From Minisyncoccota bacterium (GTDB lineage Bacteria; Patescibacteriota; Minisyncoccia; Phycocordibacterales; JAQTLZ01): DNA of 64,000 bases. Shown here piece by piece: positions 39,001 through 48,622 of the stretch (within the stretch, counting starts at the first letter, position 1; each line of letters starts with the position of its first letter). The position numbers and the translations under genes were made by a program. A model generated the notes under the pieces. The model was not told the DNA's origin. It saw only the letters and a list, made by a program, of their open reading frames with translations, and made no database searches. Location of the stretch: assembly GCA_028711065.1 (NCBI GenBank), contig JAQTSY010000002.1:8263-72262 (forward strand), in the 5' to 3' direction.

Positions 39001-39785
39001 AAAGCGCCTGTTATCGATCCGAAGCTCCATGTTTCTCCATTCAATATGATTTCTGCTCCTCCTGTATCAGGGTACTCTTTTGGTTTTGAATTTGTGAAGC
39101 CGATATTAAAAAGCGTTCCAAGGATTTCGGGTCTCTTGGCGATAGGGAAGCTGGCATTTTCCCACTGTTTCTCGATTTCTTTGAGATAGAGGGCCGAATA
39201 GAGATACGAATAATAATGATCGTGCTCATTCACTAGTCGTTCATACCGCTCTTTTCCCGCGTCATCTGTTTTAAAATCAAGCGTATGCTGCCAAGCTTCA
39301 CCTAGATAAAATGGGGAAGTGGGGTCTTTCAGATTATTTTCTATTTGTATCGCCGTCTCCATCTTTACTCCCATAACTCCCAAAGAAAATTGGGATTGAT
39401 TGCCTAAAATCTTGAGCGGAGAAAAAGCCAGTTTGAATATTTCGCGTTCTGTGAAGAAAAGGCGGAGCTGTTCTGTCGCTAAAATCGCGACAAGAAGGCG
39501 TCGAGGCACTCCCGTCTCTCTTTCGACTCTCACCAAGGTGCCTGTATCTTTTACAACTGCAGTTTTAAATATTTGCCACTCCTCGCTGTTAGCCCAGGAG
39601 AGTTTTATTTTATCTTTCACCCCTCCAATTCCTGCTTGTATAAATTCAGCGTGAGAATTGTCTATAATTCCTGTCTCATTTGTCAGTCCGTATCTCACTG
39701 CAAAGTAACCGGAAGTAAGAAAAAAGCCGATGACGGCAAAGGTGTATACGGCTACAGAAAAGGCTTTTTTCATAAATATTTTCAC
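38958..39785 (-). CDS. membrane-anchored hypothetical protein
   Basis: N-terminal TM anchor SVAVYTFAVIGFFLTSGYFAV; convergent 43-nt overlap with comEC 3' end. Confidence 0.5.
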   Translation of the reverse strand: MKIFMKKAFSVAVYTFAVIGFFLTSGYFAVRYGLTNETGIIDNSHAEFIQAGIGGVKDKIKLSWANSEEWQIFKTAVVKDTGTLVRVERETGVPRRLLVAILATEQLRLFFTEREIFKLAFSPLKILGNQSQFSLGVMGVKMETAIQIENNLKDPTSPFYLGEAWQHTLDFKTDDAGKERYERLVNEHDHYYSYLYSALYLKEIEKQWENASFPIAKRPEILGTLFNIGFTNSKPKEYPDTGGAEIILNGETWSFGSITGAFYFSDELTNEFPIE

Positions 39786-39832
39786 TGGGTAAGTATACTC
39801 GAACAGCTTTGTTTCCAGGGCTTGACTTTGTG

Positions 39833-39841
39833 TGTGGATAA
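39833..39841. promoter_or_regulatory. DnaA-box-identical site TGTGGATAA (10-mer TGTGGATAAC) upstream of secreted-protein gene 40007, adjacent to TTGACT
   Basis: Exact 10-mer. Confidence 0.45.
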
Positions 39842-40006
39842 CTTTCTATTGTAAATTTTGTTAATAAGCGTATTCTTAACGGTAAGAGAGACTTCTCAAC
39901 ATTTGAGGAAAGCGGTGACTTTTAAGAAAAGCACCGAGTTTTTTGTCTTTAAAATAGTTTTACGTGTCGTCATTTCTTAACCATATTATAAATAATTCAA
40001 AATAAA

Positions 40007-42583
40007 ATGAGAAAACCAATTCTCGTCGGTTTCGCGCTCTTGTCAATTTTCATTCTCCCCTCATTTGCCCGTGCGAATACCTATCCTGCACTGACAGTCT
40101 GCGGACCGGAAGCGAAGTATAATTCACTAACAGGTTTGCCTTGCCCGAATAATTTTCCGTCTATAAGTTTCTTTTCTCCTCATGGCGGGGAGGTGTGGCA
40201 AGAGGCTCCTCGGATCACGGATACCATAAGTGGTTTTGAACAATATAGACAAGATATCCGATGGAGCGGTGCGCCGGATGATTACAATATTGTCAGTGCC
40301 TATCTCGAACAACAAGTTCCTGGCGGCACTTATGTGACTGTAGGCAGGATTCCTCCCTTTGCGTACGGGTCTATTCAGTGGGTCGTCGGCGTTGTAGGTA
40401 CTCCGACTTGCGATCTCATTTATGCATCTGATCGACCAAATAATTGTTTCAATAAAATAAATATGCGTGTTGTTCCTCCGGGGCAATACAATATTCGATT
40501 AGTGAACACACAGACTGGTGAGTGGGGAAGGAGTGTTGCATTTACTCTCGTTTCTAGCAGTAGCACTCCCGGATGTCCAGCTGGCGCAAAGTATAGCTTT
40601 CTTACCGGCATACTTTGCGGATCAGTCCCTCCTTCTTCTTTCACTCTAAGCGATTCTGATGACAGCCCTGATTATCATTTGGGATTGCCGTCTCCAAGTC
40701 AGATTTCCCCGCAGAGTTATCCCGATCTTTTCGTGCGTGGTGTTGGCCGAGGTCATTATTCGAGCGGAGCTTTTCCCGCTATCTATGGTCTTTCTGCGAC
40801 TCAAGCAATGCAGCCGACAACTGACAGCTATTCGACGTATTATGATAATTGTTCTGGTCCACAACAGTTGAACGAGGCCTTTATGGATTCAAAGACCGGT
40901 AATTTGGAAGCGACGGCTGTAAATCCTCCTTCTGGTTATATCTGTTCAAACGGCGCTTTCGTGTGGGCGGGTCCTGGTTTTCCTAATAGCGGACCAATTA
41001 CCGTTAATTCGCCAGGCGGAGGAGAGCTGTGGTATACAGGCGAGACGCACCAGATATCTTGGAGCTCTGTCCCGGGCGCTTCTTTCTATCAACTATATTT
41101 GAATCGCACCATTGGAGATACGACGAGATTTCCGATGTACATCGGTCAAGCAAACGATAGTTCGAAAGTCTACTCATATTATTCCTGGTCTATACCAAAG
41201 AATCTTGTCGATTTGGCAAAATCTCTCACCGGCCTTTCTATCGATGTCCGAGCTTACAACAATGCAAAAGAGGCGGTGCTTTTGGAGAAAGGGAAGAGCA
41301 ATACCTTCACCGTTAGCAATGGAAATACAAGCACCCAATGCGGTTCAGTACATGTCACTTTTCCAGGAGTGTCGGGTAGCGGTGTCTGGGCGGGAGGCCA
41401 ATACACACTGACTTGGACTGGTTTTGATCCGTGTTCCGCTTCGGGGAGCGCCCTTTTCAGCGTTTACCTTGTCGGTGGGCCAAATGGCAGCAATTGGTCG
41501 CGCTTTTTAGGTACTGTCTCTGTTTATCAAAATTCTGTGCCTGTCACAATTCCAACTGATATTCCGCCTGGAAGCGGCTATCAATTCCAGTTAAGCGGTC
41601 CTGGTGTGAGCGGAGACAACAGTGATTCATTCACAGTCACCTCTTCGCAAGTACCCCCTCAGCCTTTGAGAATCGTTTCTCCAAATGGAGGAGAGACCTA
41701 TCAAATTGGTAACCAAATGAACATCTCGTGGGTCTCTTCGATTGCCGGCAGCGTAGCTATAAATCTTGATAATATAGATAACGGTCAGCGATACGGGACC
41801 ATCAGCGCTTCTTCTGTAGACGCGAAGCTCGGTTCAATTTCTTTTGTGATCGGCAATAATTTCCCTCCTGGCCGCTATAAAGCAGTTGTTGTTTTGACAG
41901 ACGGCTATAATCCGAATGGAGGAAATGTGACCCCAACCGATTCGAGCGATACTTATTTCACAATTACTGGCGCTACGACACCGACTCAAAATATTTCTGT
42001 AGCTTCACCGACTGGAGGAGAGACCTGGACCCTTGGATCTTCCCAATCAATTCAGTATACAAGCTCGGGTCTTTCTGGAAGAGTGGTGAATTCTTTCCTC
42101 GGGCCACTGAATGATGGAACCTATACACAGCTCTCTGTTGGGACAACTATTCCTTCAAGCGGGAATAATACGCTTACTTTCACGCTACCTTCTTGGGTTT
42201 CTCCCGGGCGATATGGAATACGGCTTGAAGTTGTGAACACAAATAATGCATTGATAGTTGGGAAAAGTAGTGGATTTGTCTCGGTTGTTTCTGCAACGAA
42301 TCCAACTCCAACCCCCACTCCTCCATCGATTACGACATTTCGCACCAGTCACGATTTGACGGGTACGATTCGCAGTACCACTTTGGTGTGGGATGCTGTC
42401 TCTGATTACTGCATCTTGAACGGCCCTAATTTTGCTACTAACTCAAGATGGAGTGCTCATGAAGCAATTAGTACTGGCAATCTTTCCCCAACCTCTGCCA
42501 GGTACGATCTTGCCTGTTACAACAACGCTGGTCAATCTGACATGGCGAAACTCTTGATTTCTGTCCCGTATCCGACTCAATAA
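40007..42583 (+). CDS. large secreted hypothetical protein (858 aa)
   Basis: Signal peptide MRKPILVGFALLSIFILPSFARA; Cys-containing N-terminal repeats; short PTPTP linker. Confidence 0.7.
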   Translation: MRKPILVGFALLSIFILPSFARANTYPALTVCGPEAKYNSLTGLPCPNNFPSISFFSPHGGEVWQEAPRITDTISGFEQYRQDIRWSGAPDDYNIVSAYLEQQVPGGTYVTVGRIPPFAYGSIQWVVGVVGTPTCDLIYASDRPNNCFNKINMRVVPPGQYNIRLVNTQTGEWGRSVAFTLVSSSSTPGCPAGAKYSFLTGILCGSVPPSSFTLSDSDDSPDYHLGLPSPSQISPQSYPDLFVRGVGRGHYSSGAFPAIYGLSATQAMQPTTDSYSTYYDNCSGPQQLNEAFMDSKTGNLEATAVNPPSGYICSNGAFVWAGPGFPNSGPITVNSPGGGELWYTGETHQISWSSVPGASFYQLYLNRTIGDTTRFPMYIGQANDSSKVYSYYSWSIPKNLVDLAKSLTGLSIDVRAYNNAKEAVLLEKGKSNTFTVSNGNTSTQCGSVHVTFPGVSGSGVWAGGQYTLTWTGFDPCSASGSALFSVYLVGGPNGSNWSRFLGTVSVYQNSVPVTIPTDIPPGSGYQFQLSGPGVSGDNSDSFTVTSSQVPPQPLRIVSPNGGETYQIGNQMNISWVSSIAGSVAINLDNIDNGQRYGTISASSVDAKLGSISFVIGNNFPPGRYKAVVVLTDGYNPNGGNVTPTDSSDTYFTITGATTPTQNISVASPTGGETWTLGSSQSIQYTSSGLSGRVVNSFLGPLNDGTYTQLSVGTTIPSSGNNTLTFTLPSWVSPGRYGIRLEVVNTNNALIVGKSSGFVSVVSATNPTPTPTPPSITTFRTSHDLTGTIRSTTLVWDAVSDYCILNGPNFATNSRWSAHEAISTGNLSPTSARYDLACYNNAGQSDMAKLLISVPYPTQ

Positions 42584-42599
42584 GTATAAAAAAGTAGAA

Positions 42600-42635
42600 A
42601 GAAAATCCCCGAGGCATCTCGGGGATTTTCTTTTA
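42600..42635. terminator. Bidirectional hairpin aaaatccccgag-gcat-ctcggggatttt between convergent genes
   Basis: 12-bp stem with A/T flanks. Confidence 0.65.
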
Positions 42636-43229
42636 CTGATTTGCTAAAGTGAAATTTTTTTCGATAACTTCCCAATTGAGATTCTCAAAAAATGCTTCAA
42701 TGTATTTTTTCTTTTCGGACGGAATGTAATCGAAGAGATATGAGTGTTCCCACATATCGAGCATAAGTACTGGGCGAGTGTCAGTCAGTTGCCCCAAATG
42801 CTGTTCGTCCATCCATGCGTGAGTAAGCTGTTTTGAATTTGGGTCCCAAAGCATCATTGCCCAGCCGATTCCTCGAGTGAGCGCGATTGATTTAAATCCC
42901 TGAAGCCACATTTCAAATGAGGGAGCTTGTTTTTCTATCTGCGCTTTGAGTTTTGAGCCGGCAGGAAGTCCTTTTGCTCCTCCTTCGAGTGAGTGGAAAT
43001 AGTATTCATGATTTCGCATACCATCGAACTCAAATGAAAATCTGCGCTGAAGCTCTCCTAACACATAGGCGTTTTTTTCTGAATCGGCCATGTATTCGCC
43101 GATCTTTTCCAATATGAGATTGGCATTCTTTACATATCCCGCATAGAGTTTGAGGTGCTCCGTAATCGTTTTTTCAGAAATTCCCTTGAGAGCGGGGATG
43201 GCAAACTTTTGCTCTTCGTATTTATTCAT
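42633..43229 (-). CDS. sodA: Fe/Mn superoxide dismutase
   Basis: Metal ligands in HH..YF motif, DMWEHSYLFDY signature. Confidence 0.93.
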   Translation of the reverse strand: MNKYEEQKFAIPALKGISEKTITEHLKLYAGYVKNANLILEKIGEYMADSEKNAYVLGELQRRFSFEFDGMRNHEYYFHSLEGGAKGLPAGSKLKAQIEKQAPSFEMWLQGFKSIALTRGIGWAMMLWDPNSKQLTHAWMDEQHLGQLTDTRPVLMLDMWEHSYLFDYIPSEKKKYIEAFFENLNWEVIEKNFTLANQ

Positions 43230-43391
43230 CCGCCTAAATTTTCTACTTATGGCTCTTTAATTGAGTTTTTGTAGAAATTTGTATTATTTTGATAACTTAC
43301 TACTATTTTTTATCCCCGAAAACTTTGGCGGATAAATATGGGTGTGGATTAGTAGTGATAAAAATCAAGTATAGCATGATACTATGGACGT

Positions 43392-43967
43392 ATGAAAATC
43401 CTTCTCATTAACAACGGGGAAGTGCTCTCCGATAAGCTACAAAAAGCTTTGCAGACGAAACATACTGTTGATGTTATTGATTGGAAGAAAGATGAAGTAG
43501 GGGATGAAAATAAATATGATCTTGTTGTCTTGGCTGGTGGACACGCTGACCCAGTAGTGGGGAATGACAAGATGCTTAAGTCAGAAATGGATCTCATTAA
43601 GAGGACAAAGAAACCGCTTCTCGGAATTTCTTATGGATGTGAGCTTGTGGCATTTGTGTTCGGAGGACATCTCGAAAAATTGGAACCCGCTCGAAATGGA
43701 AATGTTGATGTGAATGTCGTCGAGCCTGACCCGCTGTTTGCAGATTGCAGACATTTCAAGGCGTTTGAAAATGAACGCTGGGTTATTACCGATGTTTCTC
43801 ACGATCTTCAGCCTTTAGCCTTTTCTTCTTTCGGTATTGAAGCTTTGAAGCATGTCTCGCGCCCTATCTATGGACTCCAATTTGACCCAGAGGCGTTTGA
43901 AGAAGCGGCGTCCGGAGAAAAAATTCTCTCGAACTTTTTCAGGATACTTGAGGGTATACCCGCTTAG
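43392..43967 (+). CDS. class I glutamine amidotransferase-like protein
   Basis: Nucleophile elbow LLGISYGCELVA; HPE motif appears as GLQFDPE (His replaced by Asp). Confidence 0.65.
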   Translation: MKILLINNGEVLSDKLQKALQTKHTVDVIDWKKDEVGDENKYDLVVLAGGHADPVVGNDKMLKSEMDLIKRTKKPLLGISYGCELVAFVFGGHLEKLEPARNGNVDVNVVEPDPLFADCRHFKAFENERWVITDVSHDLQPLAFSSFGIEALKHVSRPIYGLQFDPEAFEEAASGEKILSNFFRILEGIPA

Positions 43968-43975
43968 TTTCTAGA

Positions 43976-44854
43976 ATGGATTTTCTACGACAGCACCGGC
44001 GTTCCACACTTCTCCTTTTTCTTTTGCTCGCGAACGTTTCTATCTGGTATGCCGTGTTGGCACAGAGTCGGCACGGCTTTTTGACTGTCGCCGTTTTAAA
44101 TATCGGACAAGGGGACGCGATATTCATCGAAGCGCCAAATGGAAACCAGATTATTGTAGACGGAGGTCCTGATCAGAAATTGCTTTCAGAACTTGGACAC
44201 GTAATGCCTTTCTATGACCGCTCGATTGATATGATCATAAATACCAATCCTGATTCGGATCACTACGCAGGATTTCTAGATCTCTTAAAATCCTACAAAG
44301 TCGGAGAGTTTATGGAATCTGGGACAGTTTCAGATACGCCGACCTATCATGAACTGGAAAAAACTGTGGCTGAAAAACATATTCCCAAAATCATCGCGAA
44401 AAGGGGAATGAAAATTGTCCTCGACAAAGACGTGTCTCTGTATGTTCTCTATCCTGATCGAGACGTCTCGAATTGGACTTCGAATAATGGTTCGATTGTA
44501 ATGAAACTGGTCTATGGAAACACCTCGTTTCTTCTCCAAGGAGATGCGACTGCGGAAGTGGAAAAATATCTCATTTCTCTCGAGAAATCTCCGGAATCGA
44601 GAAGTTACGGCGGTCTCTCCGGGCAAGTCCTCAAGGTCGGGCATCATGGCTCGCGCACTTCGACGTCAGAAGAATATGTAGAAGCTGTGTCTCCCGAGTA
44701 TGCAGCGATTTCAGACGGGAAAAATAATCGTTACGGTCATCCGCATAAAGAGACGCTCGATACTCTCTCGAAAAATAACGTAAAAATCCTCCGCACCGAT
44801 TTACAAGGGAGGATTATTTTTGAGTCGGATGGAGAAACTATTGCAGTAAAATAA
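43976..44854 (+). CDS. ComEC-type metallo-beta-lactamase domain protein (stand-alone, TM-anchored)
   Basis: LNIGQGDAIFIE...NTNPDSDHYAGF...VGHHGSRTS motifs typical of the ComEC C-terminal MBL domain; N-terminal TM anchor. Confidence 0.8.
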   Translation: MDFLRQHRRSTLLLFLLLANVSIWYAVLAQSRHGFLTVAVLNIGQGDAIFIEAPNGNQIIVDGGPDQKLLSELGHVMPFYDRSIDMIINTNPDSDHYAGFLDLLKSYKVGEFMESGTVSDTPTYHELEKTVAEKHIPKIIAKRGMKIVLDKDVSLYVLYPDRDVSNWTSNNGSIVMKLVYGNTSFLLQGDATAEVEKYLISLEKSPESRSYGGLSGQVLKVGHHGSRTSTSEEYVEAVSPEYAAISDGKNNRYGHPHKETLDTLSKNNVKILRTDLQGRIIFESDGETIAVK

Positions 44855-44880
44855 AAAAATGCCGTTTGGCATTTTTTTAT
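44852..44880. terminator. Bidirectional hairpin aaaaaaatgcc-gttt-ggcattttttt
   Basis: Stem with A/T runs between convergent genes. Confidence 0.65.
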
Positions 44881-44883
44881 TTC

Positions 44884-45126
44884 TTATATTAAACCTGCTT
44901 TCTTGAGAACAGGATATGCTCCGTGTTTCTGAATAGTCTTGAGTCCTTTTGTTGAAATAGTAACAGTGATGAATTTTTTGAGTTCAGGAACATAAATCTT
45001 CTTTTTCTGAAGATTTGGGTAGCTTCGAGTCATCCCGGTAGGATTAAACTGGGTTGCACGAGTGCGGTTTGAATATCCGCCGCGCATCATTGAAGTCTTT
45101 TTGGTTATTGCACAGATTTTCGGCAT
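44884..45126 (-). CDS. rpmB: 50S ribosomal protein L28
   Basis: 80 aa; C.IT.K N-terminus, PNLQ motif, KGL..I.K.G pattern aligning with bacterial L28. Confidence 0.8.
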   Translation of the reverse strand: MPKICAITKKTSMMRGGYSNRTRATQFNPTGMTRSYPNLQKKKIYVPELKKFITVTISTKGLKTIQKHGAYPVLKKAGLI

Positions 45127-45176
45127 ATATTTCCTTTTTAGAGAAGTGCGCTCTATGCTATCATAGAGGACATCTT

Positions 45177-45779
45177 ATGGCAATTACTACCCTTTTTGAA
45201 TTCGCAATACTCATTTTTTCGATCGTGCTTCACGAGGTGAGTCACGGCTATATGGCCAATTACCTCGGAGATCCGACCGCGAAATATGCTGGCCGATTGA
45301 CGTTGAATCCCATTAAGCATGTTGACCCGTTTGGCTCTATTGTTCTTCCCATTCTCTCATTTCTCACCGGAGGATTCATTATCGGCTGGGCGAAACCGGT
45401 TCCGTATAATCCGTACAATTTAAGAAATGGTAAAACGGGGGAGGCGCTCGTCGCTTTCGCCGGCCCTCTTTCGAATCTTGCAATCGTCCTTATTTTTAGT
45501 CTCGTCATCCGCCTTGGCCAACATGTTTTGCCCTCCTCATTTATCCTTATATCTGGTTTTGTGGTCTATATCAATCTTACTCTCATGCTTTTCAATCTCG
45601 TTCCTGTTTTTCCTCTCGACGGTTCGCGAATTCTCTTTTCTTTCCTGCCTGTTAGATTTCAATATATAAAGGACTGGTTTGAAAAATATTCTCTCTTCTT
45701 TCTCCTTATTCTTATCTTCTTCTTTCTCCAGCCGTTCTCTCATCTTGTGGATATTCTTTTCAATTTTTTCGTCCCTTAA
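45177..45779 (+). CDS. M50 family (site-2-protease-like) zinc metalloprotease
   Basis: HEVSHG (HExxH) in TM helix and LFNLVPVFPLDG second motif. Start moved to internal ATG. Confidence 0.8.
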   Translation: MAITTLFEFAILIFSIVLHEVSHGYMANYLGDPTAKYAGRLTLNPIKHVDPFGSIVLPILSFLTGGFIIGWAKPVPYNPYNLRNGKTGEALVAFAGPLSNLAIVLIFSLVIRLGQHVLPSSFILISGFVVYINLTLMLFNLVPVFPLDGSRILFSFLPVRFQYIKDWFEKYSLFFLLILIFFFLQPFSHLVDILFNFFVP

Positions 45780-45859
45780 TCTCTCGTCTTCAAGCCCGCT
45801 GTACTACACAATAAATTCTTCTTGGAAGCCATGTCTTTTTGTGATTAACTATTAGCACT

Positions 45860-46492
45860 ATGAAAGTGCTTATTGCGGTATCGGTATCGGGGATAAAACA
45901 ATCCGACCATCTCATGCATATGGTAAAAGAGGATCCGAAAAATATTGCTATTATTTCCTACGGTTCAAAATCTTCCACCACAAATGATGATCGAAGCGCA
46001 ATCATCAACGCGACCACCAATAAGAATGTGCTGCGTTCGATGGCGCTCGCGTCTCCGGCAGAGTGGGTACTTTTTTTGGATGATTCAGTTTATTTGCCGA
46101 AAGGTTCTATCGAGAAATTTCTGAAAGAGGGGAAGGAGATTATGGGCGGGTGGTATCAGGACAAAGGCGCTACTGTTTGGAGCGCGCTTTCTGAAAATGC
46201 AGACGGACGATTTGAATTTTTCATGAAGCCGGAGAAGGATGCGAAAGACGTAGGGGCGATTGGGCTCGGCTGTCTTATGATTCACCGACCAACACTTATG
46301 AAAATCGCTTTTGAACCGGGCTTCGAGCACATCTCTCTTATAGACGGAATGAAACAGAAGAATGGGCCATTCCCGCATATGGGAGATGCTTTGGCCTTTG
46401 CATTTTCCGCAAAAAAGATCGAAGAAAAAATTGCGATGGTGGGAGATGTAATCTGTGGGCCGGAGGAAGCAGTAAAAGAAAAAACAAAATAA
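45860..46492 (+). CDS. mini GT-A fold glycosyltransferase (GT2-like), paralog 1
   Basis: NKNVLRSMALASPAEWVLFLDDSVYLP (DxS/DxD-like), GLGCLMIHR; ~35% identical to downstream gene. Confidence 0.55.
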   Translation: MKVLIAVSVSGIKQSDHLMHMVKEDPKNIAIISYGSKSSTTNDDRSAIINATTNKNVLRSMALASPAEWVLFLDDSVYLPKGSIEKFLKEGKEIMGGWYQDKGATVWSALSENADGRFEFFMKPEKDAKDVGAIGLGCLMIHRPTLMKIAFEPGFEHISLIDGMKQKNGPFPHMGDALAFAFSAKKIEEKIAMVGDVICGPEEAVKEKTK

Positions 46493-46496
46493 TTCT

Positions 46497-47114
46497 ATGC
46501 CTAAAGTACTTGCAATCATTCCTACAAAAGCAGAGATCGAGCCGAGAGCCCTGAAAGCTCTTCAAGCTCAAGACTATCCAGATTTCGGATTTCTCAACAC
46601 AGTGCTACAGCCGACGAACCTCCATCCAGATCCGGAGAAAAATCGCGTAACGAATATCGTGGTGAATAGAAACTATGCTCGTAGACTCGCTCTCGCGACT
46701 GACGCGGAATGGTTTTTCTGGATTGATTCTGACGTAGTCATCCCTCCTCATACTATTTCAGAATTCATGCGCCACCGACTTCCCTTTATGGGAGGCTGGT
46801 ATAAAAAGATGGCTGGGCCGGACTGGGTATCGAGTAGGTGGGTTGCAGAAGGCCTCTTTTATCTTTTCCAAGAACCGCAAAGGGGAGTTCAGCCGGTAGA
46901 TATGATGGGGCTGGGGTGCGTCATGATGCATCGCAAAGTTTTGGAGCGGATTGATTTCAAACCAGGCACGGAAGTCTATTTACGAGACGTCTTTGGGCGA
47001 AGCTATTTCTATGCGGAATGTATGTATTTCTGCCAAGAGGCGATTCAAAACGGTATTCGTCCTCATATTCTCGGAAGTATCATCTGTGATCATATAGAGA
47101 AGAAAGTAGGCTAA
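46497..47114 (+). CDS. mini GT-A fold glycosyltransferase (GT2-like), paralog 2
   Basis: [51 protein letters not shown]. Confidence 0.6.
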   Translation: MPKVLAIIPTKAEIEPRALKALQAQDYPDFGFLNTVLQPTNLHPDPEKNRVTNIVVNRNYARRLALATDAEWFFWIDSDVVIPPHTISEFMRHRLPFMGGWYKKMAGPDWVSSRWVAEGLFYLFQEPQRGVQPVDMMGLGCVMMHRKVLERIDFKPGTEVYLRDVFGRSYFYAECMYFCQEAIQNGIRPHILGSIICDHIEKKVG

Positions 47115-47203
47115 AACGTCTCCAAAACTTGCTTTTTTCCCTCTACTTCGATACAGTAGTGGCTACTGTTTTCAAGCAGTTTTTTCTTTCCAAGATTCAC
47201 AGA

Positions 47204-47620
47204 ATGCCGACAATCAATCAATTAATCAAGCGAAAACGAGTTCCGCTCAAACGCAAGCCAAAAGCGGTAGCTTTGATGCGCTCTTTTAATGCTTTGAAGA
47301 ACCGACCAAAATTCCTCCCATCTCCATTCAAGCGAGGTGTCTGCACGAAAGTAACCACAAAGACTCCAAAGAAACCAAACTCTGCTATCCGAAAGATCGC
47401 TCGTGTACGACTTACCAATGGTCTCGAAGTTACTGCTTACATCCCAGGAATTGGCCACACTCTTCAGGAACACTCTGTAGTGCTTCTTCGAGGAGGACGA
47501 GTAAAAGATGTCGGACTTCGCTACACTATTGTACGAGGAGTTTTGGATGCGACCGGCGTAGAGAAGAGAATGAAAGGACGAAGTTCATACGGCGCTAAGC
47601 GGCCGAAGGCCGCAAAATAG
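47204..47620 (+). CDS. rpsL: 30S ribosomal protein S12
   Basis: [12 protein letters not shown]...[60 protein letters not shown]. Confidence 0.95.
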   Translation: MPTINQLIKRKRVPLKRKPKAVALMRSFNALKNRPKFLPSPFKRGVCTKVTTKTPKKPNSAIRKIARVRLTNGLEVTAYIPGIGHTLQEHSVVLLRGGRVKDVGLRYTIVRGVLDATGVEKRMKGRSSYGAKRPKAAK

Positions 47621-47713
47621 CTTCTCCAGCTTCATGGAGCTTCACGAGCTTTGAATTCAAAAGCTAAAGAAGCTACAGGAAGCTCTAAGAATCTTACGAA
47701 GCTAAACAAAACC

Positions 47714-48184
47714 ATGCGAAGAAAAATAAAAAACCGAAAAGTTGTTGGACCTGATATGGTATTCAATTCTCCACGCGTGGCGAAGTTTACCAATTACCTC
47801 ATGCTTAGCGGTGAAAAGAGCATTGCTCGCAAAGTTGTCCATGATACTTTTGAGTTAATCAAAGAAAAAGCAAAAGTAGCTGATCCTGTAGAATTTCTAG
47901 AATCTGCTCTTAAGAACACCACTCCTCTTATGGAAGTTCGCTCACGACGAGTCGGAGGCGCCAACTATCAAGTTCCCCGAGAAGTCCGGAAAGAAAGACA
48001 GCAAGCGCTTTCCATGAAATGGATTATCGAAGCTGCTCGAAGCAAGAAAGGAGCAAACATGCACAAGAAACTCGCTGATGAAATTATTGCAGCTTCTAAG
48101 AATGAAGGAGAGGCTGTGAAGAAGAAGGAGAATACTCATAAGATGGCAGAAGCAAACAAAGCATTCGCTCACTTCACCTGGTAG
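47714..48184 (+). CDS. rpsG: 30S ribosomal protein S7
   Basis: ...VAKFTNYLMLSGEKSIA...VRSRRVGGANYQVP...KMAEANKAFAHFTW. Confidence 0.93.
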   Translation: MRRKIKNRKVVGPDMVFNSPRVAKFTNYLMLSGEKSIARKVVHDTFELIKEKAKVADPVEFLESALKNTTPLMEVRSRRVGGANYQVPREVRKERQQALSMKWIIEAARSKKGANMHKKLADEIIAASKNEGEAVKKKENTHKMAEANKAFAHFTW

Positions 48185-48215
48185 TCAAAATTTCTTTCTT
48201 GGTAAATTTCATCGT

Positions 48216-48248
48216 TGAATACTGCGAGTCTCCCTCGCAGTATTTTTC
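48216..48248 (+). terminator. Hairpin aatactgcgag-tctcc-ctcgcagtatt plus TTTT immediately after rpsG
   Basis: 11-bp stem and T-run; terminates rpsL-rpsG before the insertion. Confidence 0.65.
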
Positions 48249-48334
48249 ATACAGCTCGGTACGATTCTCGTATTCGCCTCGAACTTTGCTCAAAAAATTA
48301 ATTTTGGAAGCCTCACTGAACTTGAGATTAAAAC

Positions 48335-48376
48335 AAAAAACCTCAGACAAAGAAGCATGAGGCTTTCTGTCTGAGG
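48335..48376 (-). terminator. Hairpin cctcagaca...tgtctgagg with A-run on plus side; terminator for minus-strand small gene
   Basis: Lies 10 nt past stop of 48386..48622 on minus strand. Confidence 0.5.
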
Positions 48377-48385
48377 CTTGTCCCC

Positions 48386-48622
48386 TTACATCTGATGAAA
48401 GGGGATTTCTTTCTCGTTTCTGATTTCCTTGAAGGATTCGAGGCAGTATCCGTTCTCGAGGCTGGCGTACCAGCAACCACTCTCGGGAGGCCGGACGACT
48501 TCCAGGACCTTCATTCCCAACTTTGTTGCCGCCAGCTCGATATTTTCTGCCACGACAATCCCGAGTTGAGTGTGTGACTTCCGACCCGGATTCTGTTCGT
48601 CGTCCCGGGCGTGCTGTAGCAT
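48386..48622 (-). CDS. small VOC (glyoxalase-like) half-domain protein, foreign-looking
   Basis: AAGGAG SD 9 nt upstream; own terminator; sequence HTQLGIVVAENIELAATKLGMKVLEV...LENGYCLESF resembles a VOC beta-alpha-beta-beta-beta module; high GC. Confidence 0.35.
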   Translation of the reverse strand: MLQHARDDEQNPGRKSHTQLGIVVAENIELAATKLGMKVLEVVRPPESGCWYASLENGYCLESFKEIRNEKEIPFHQM

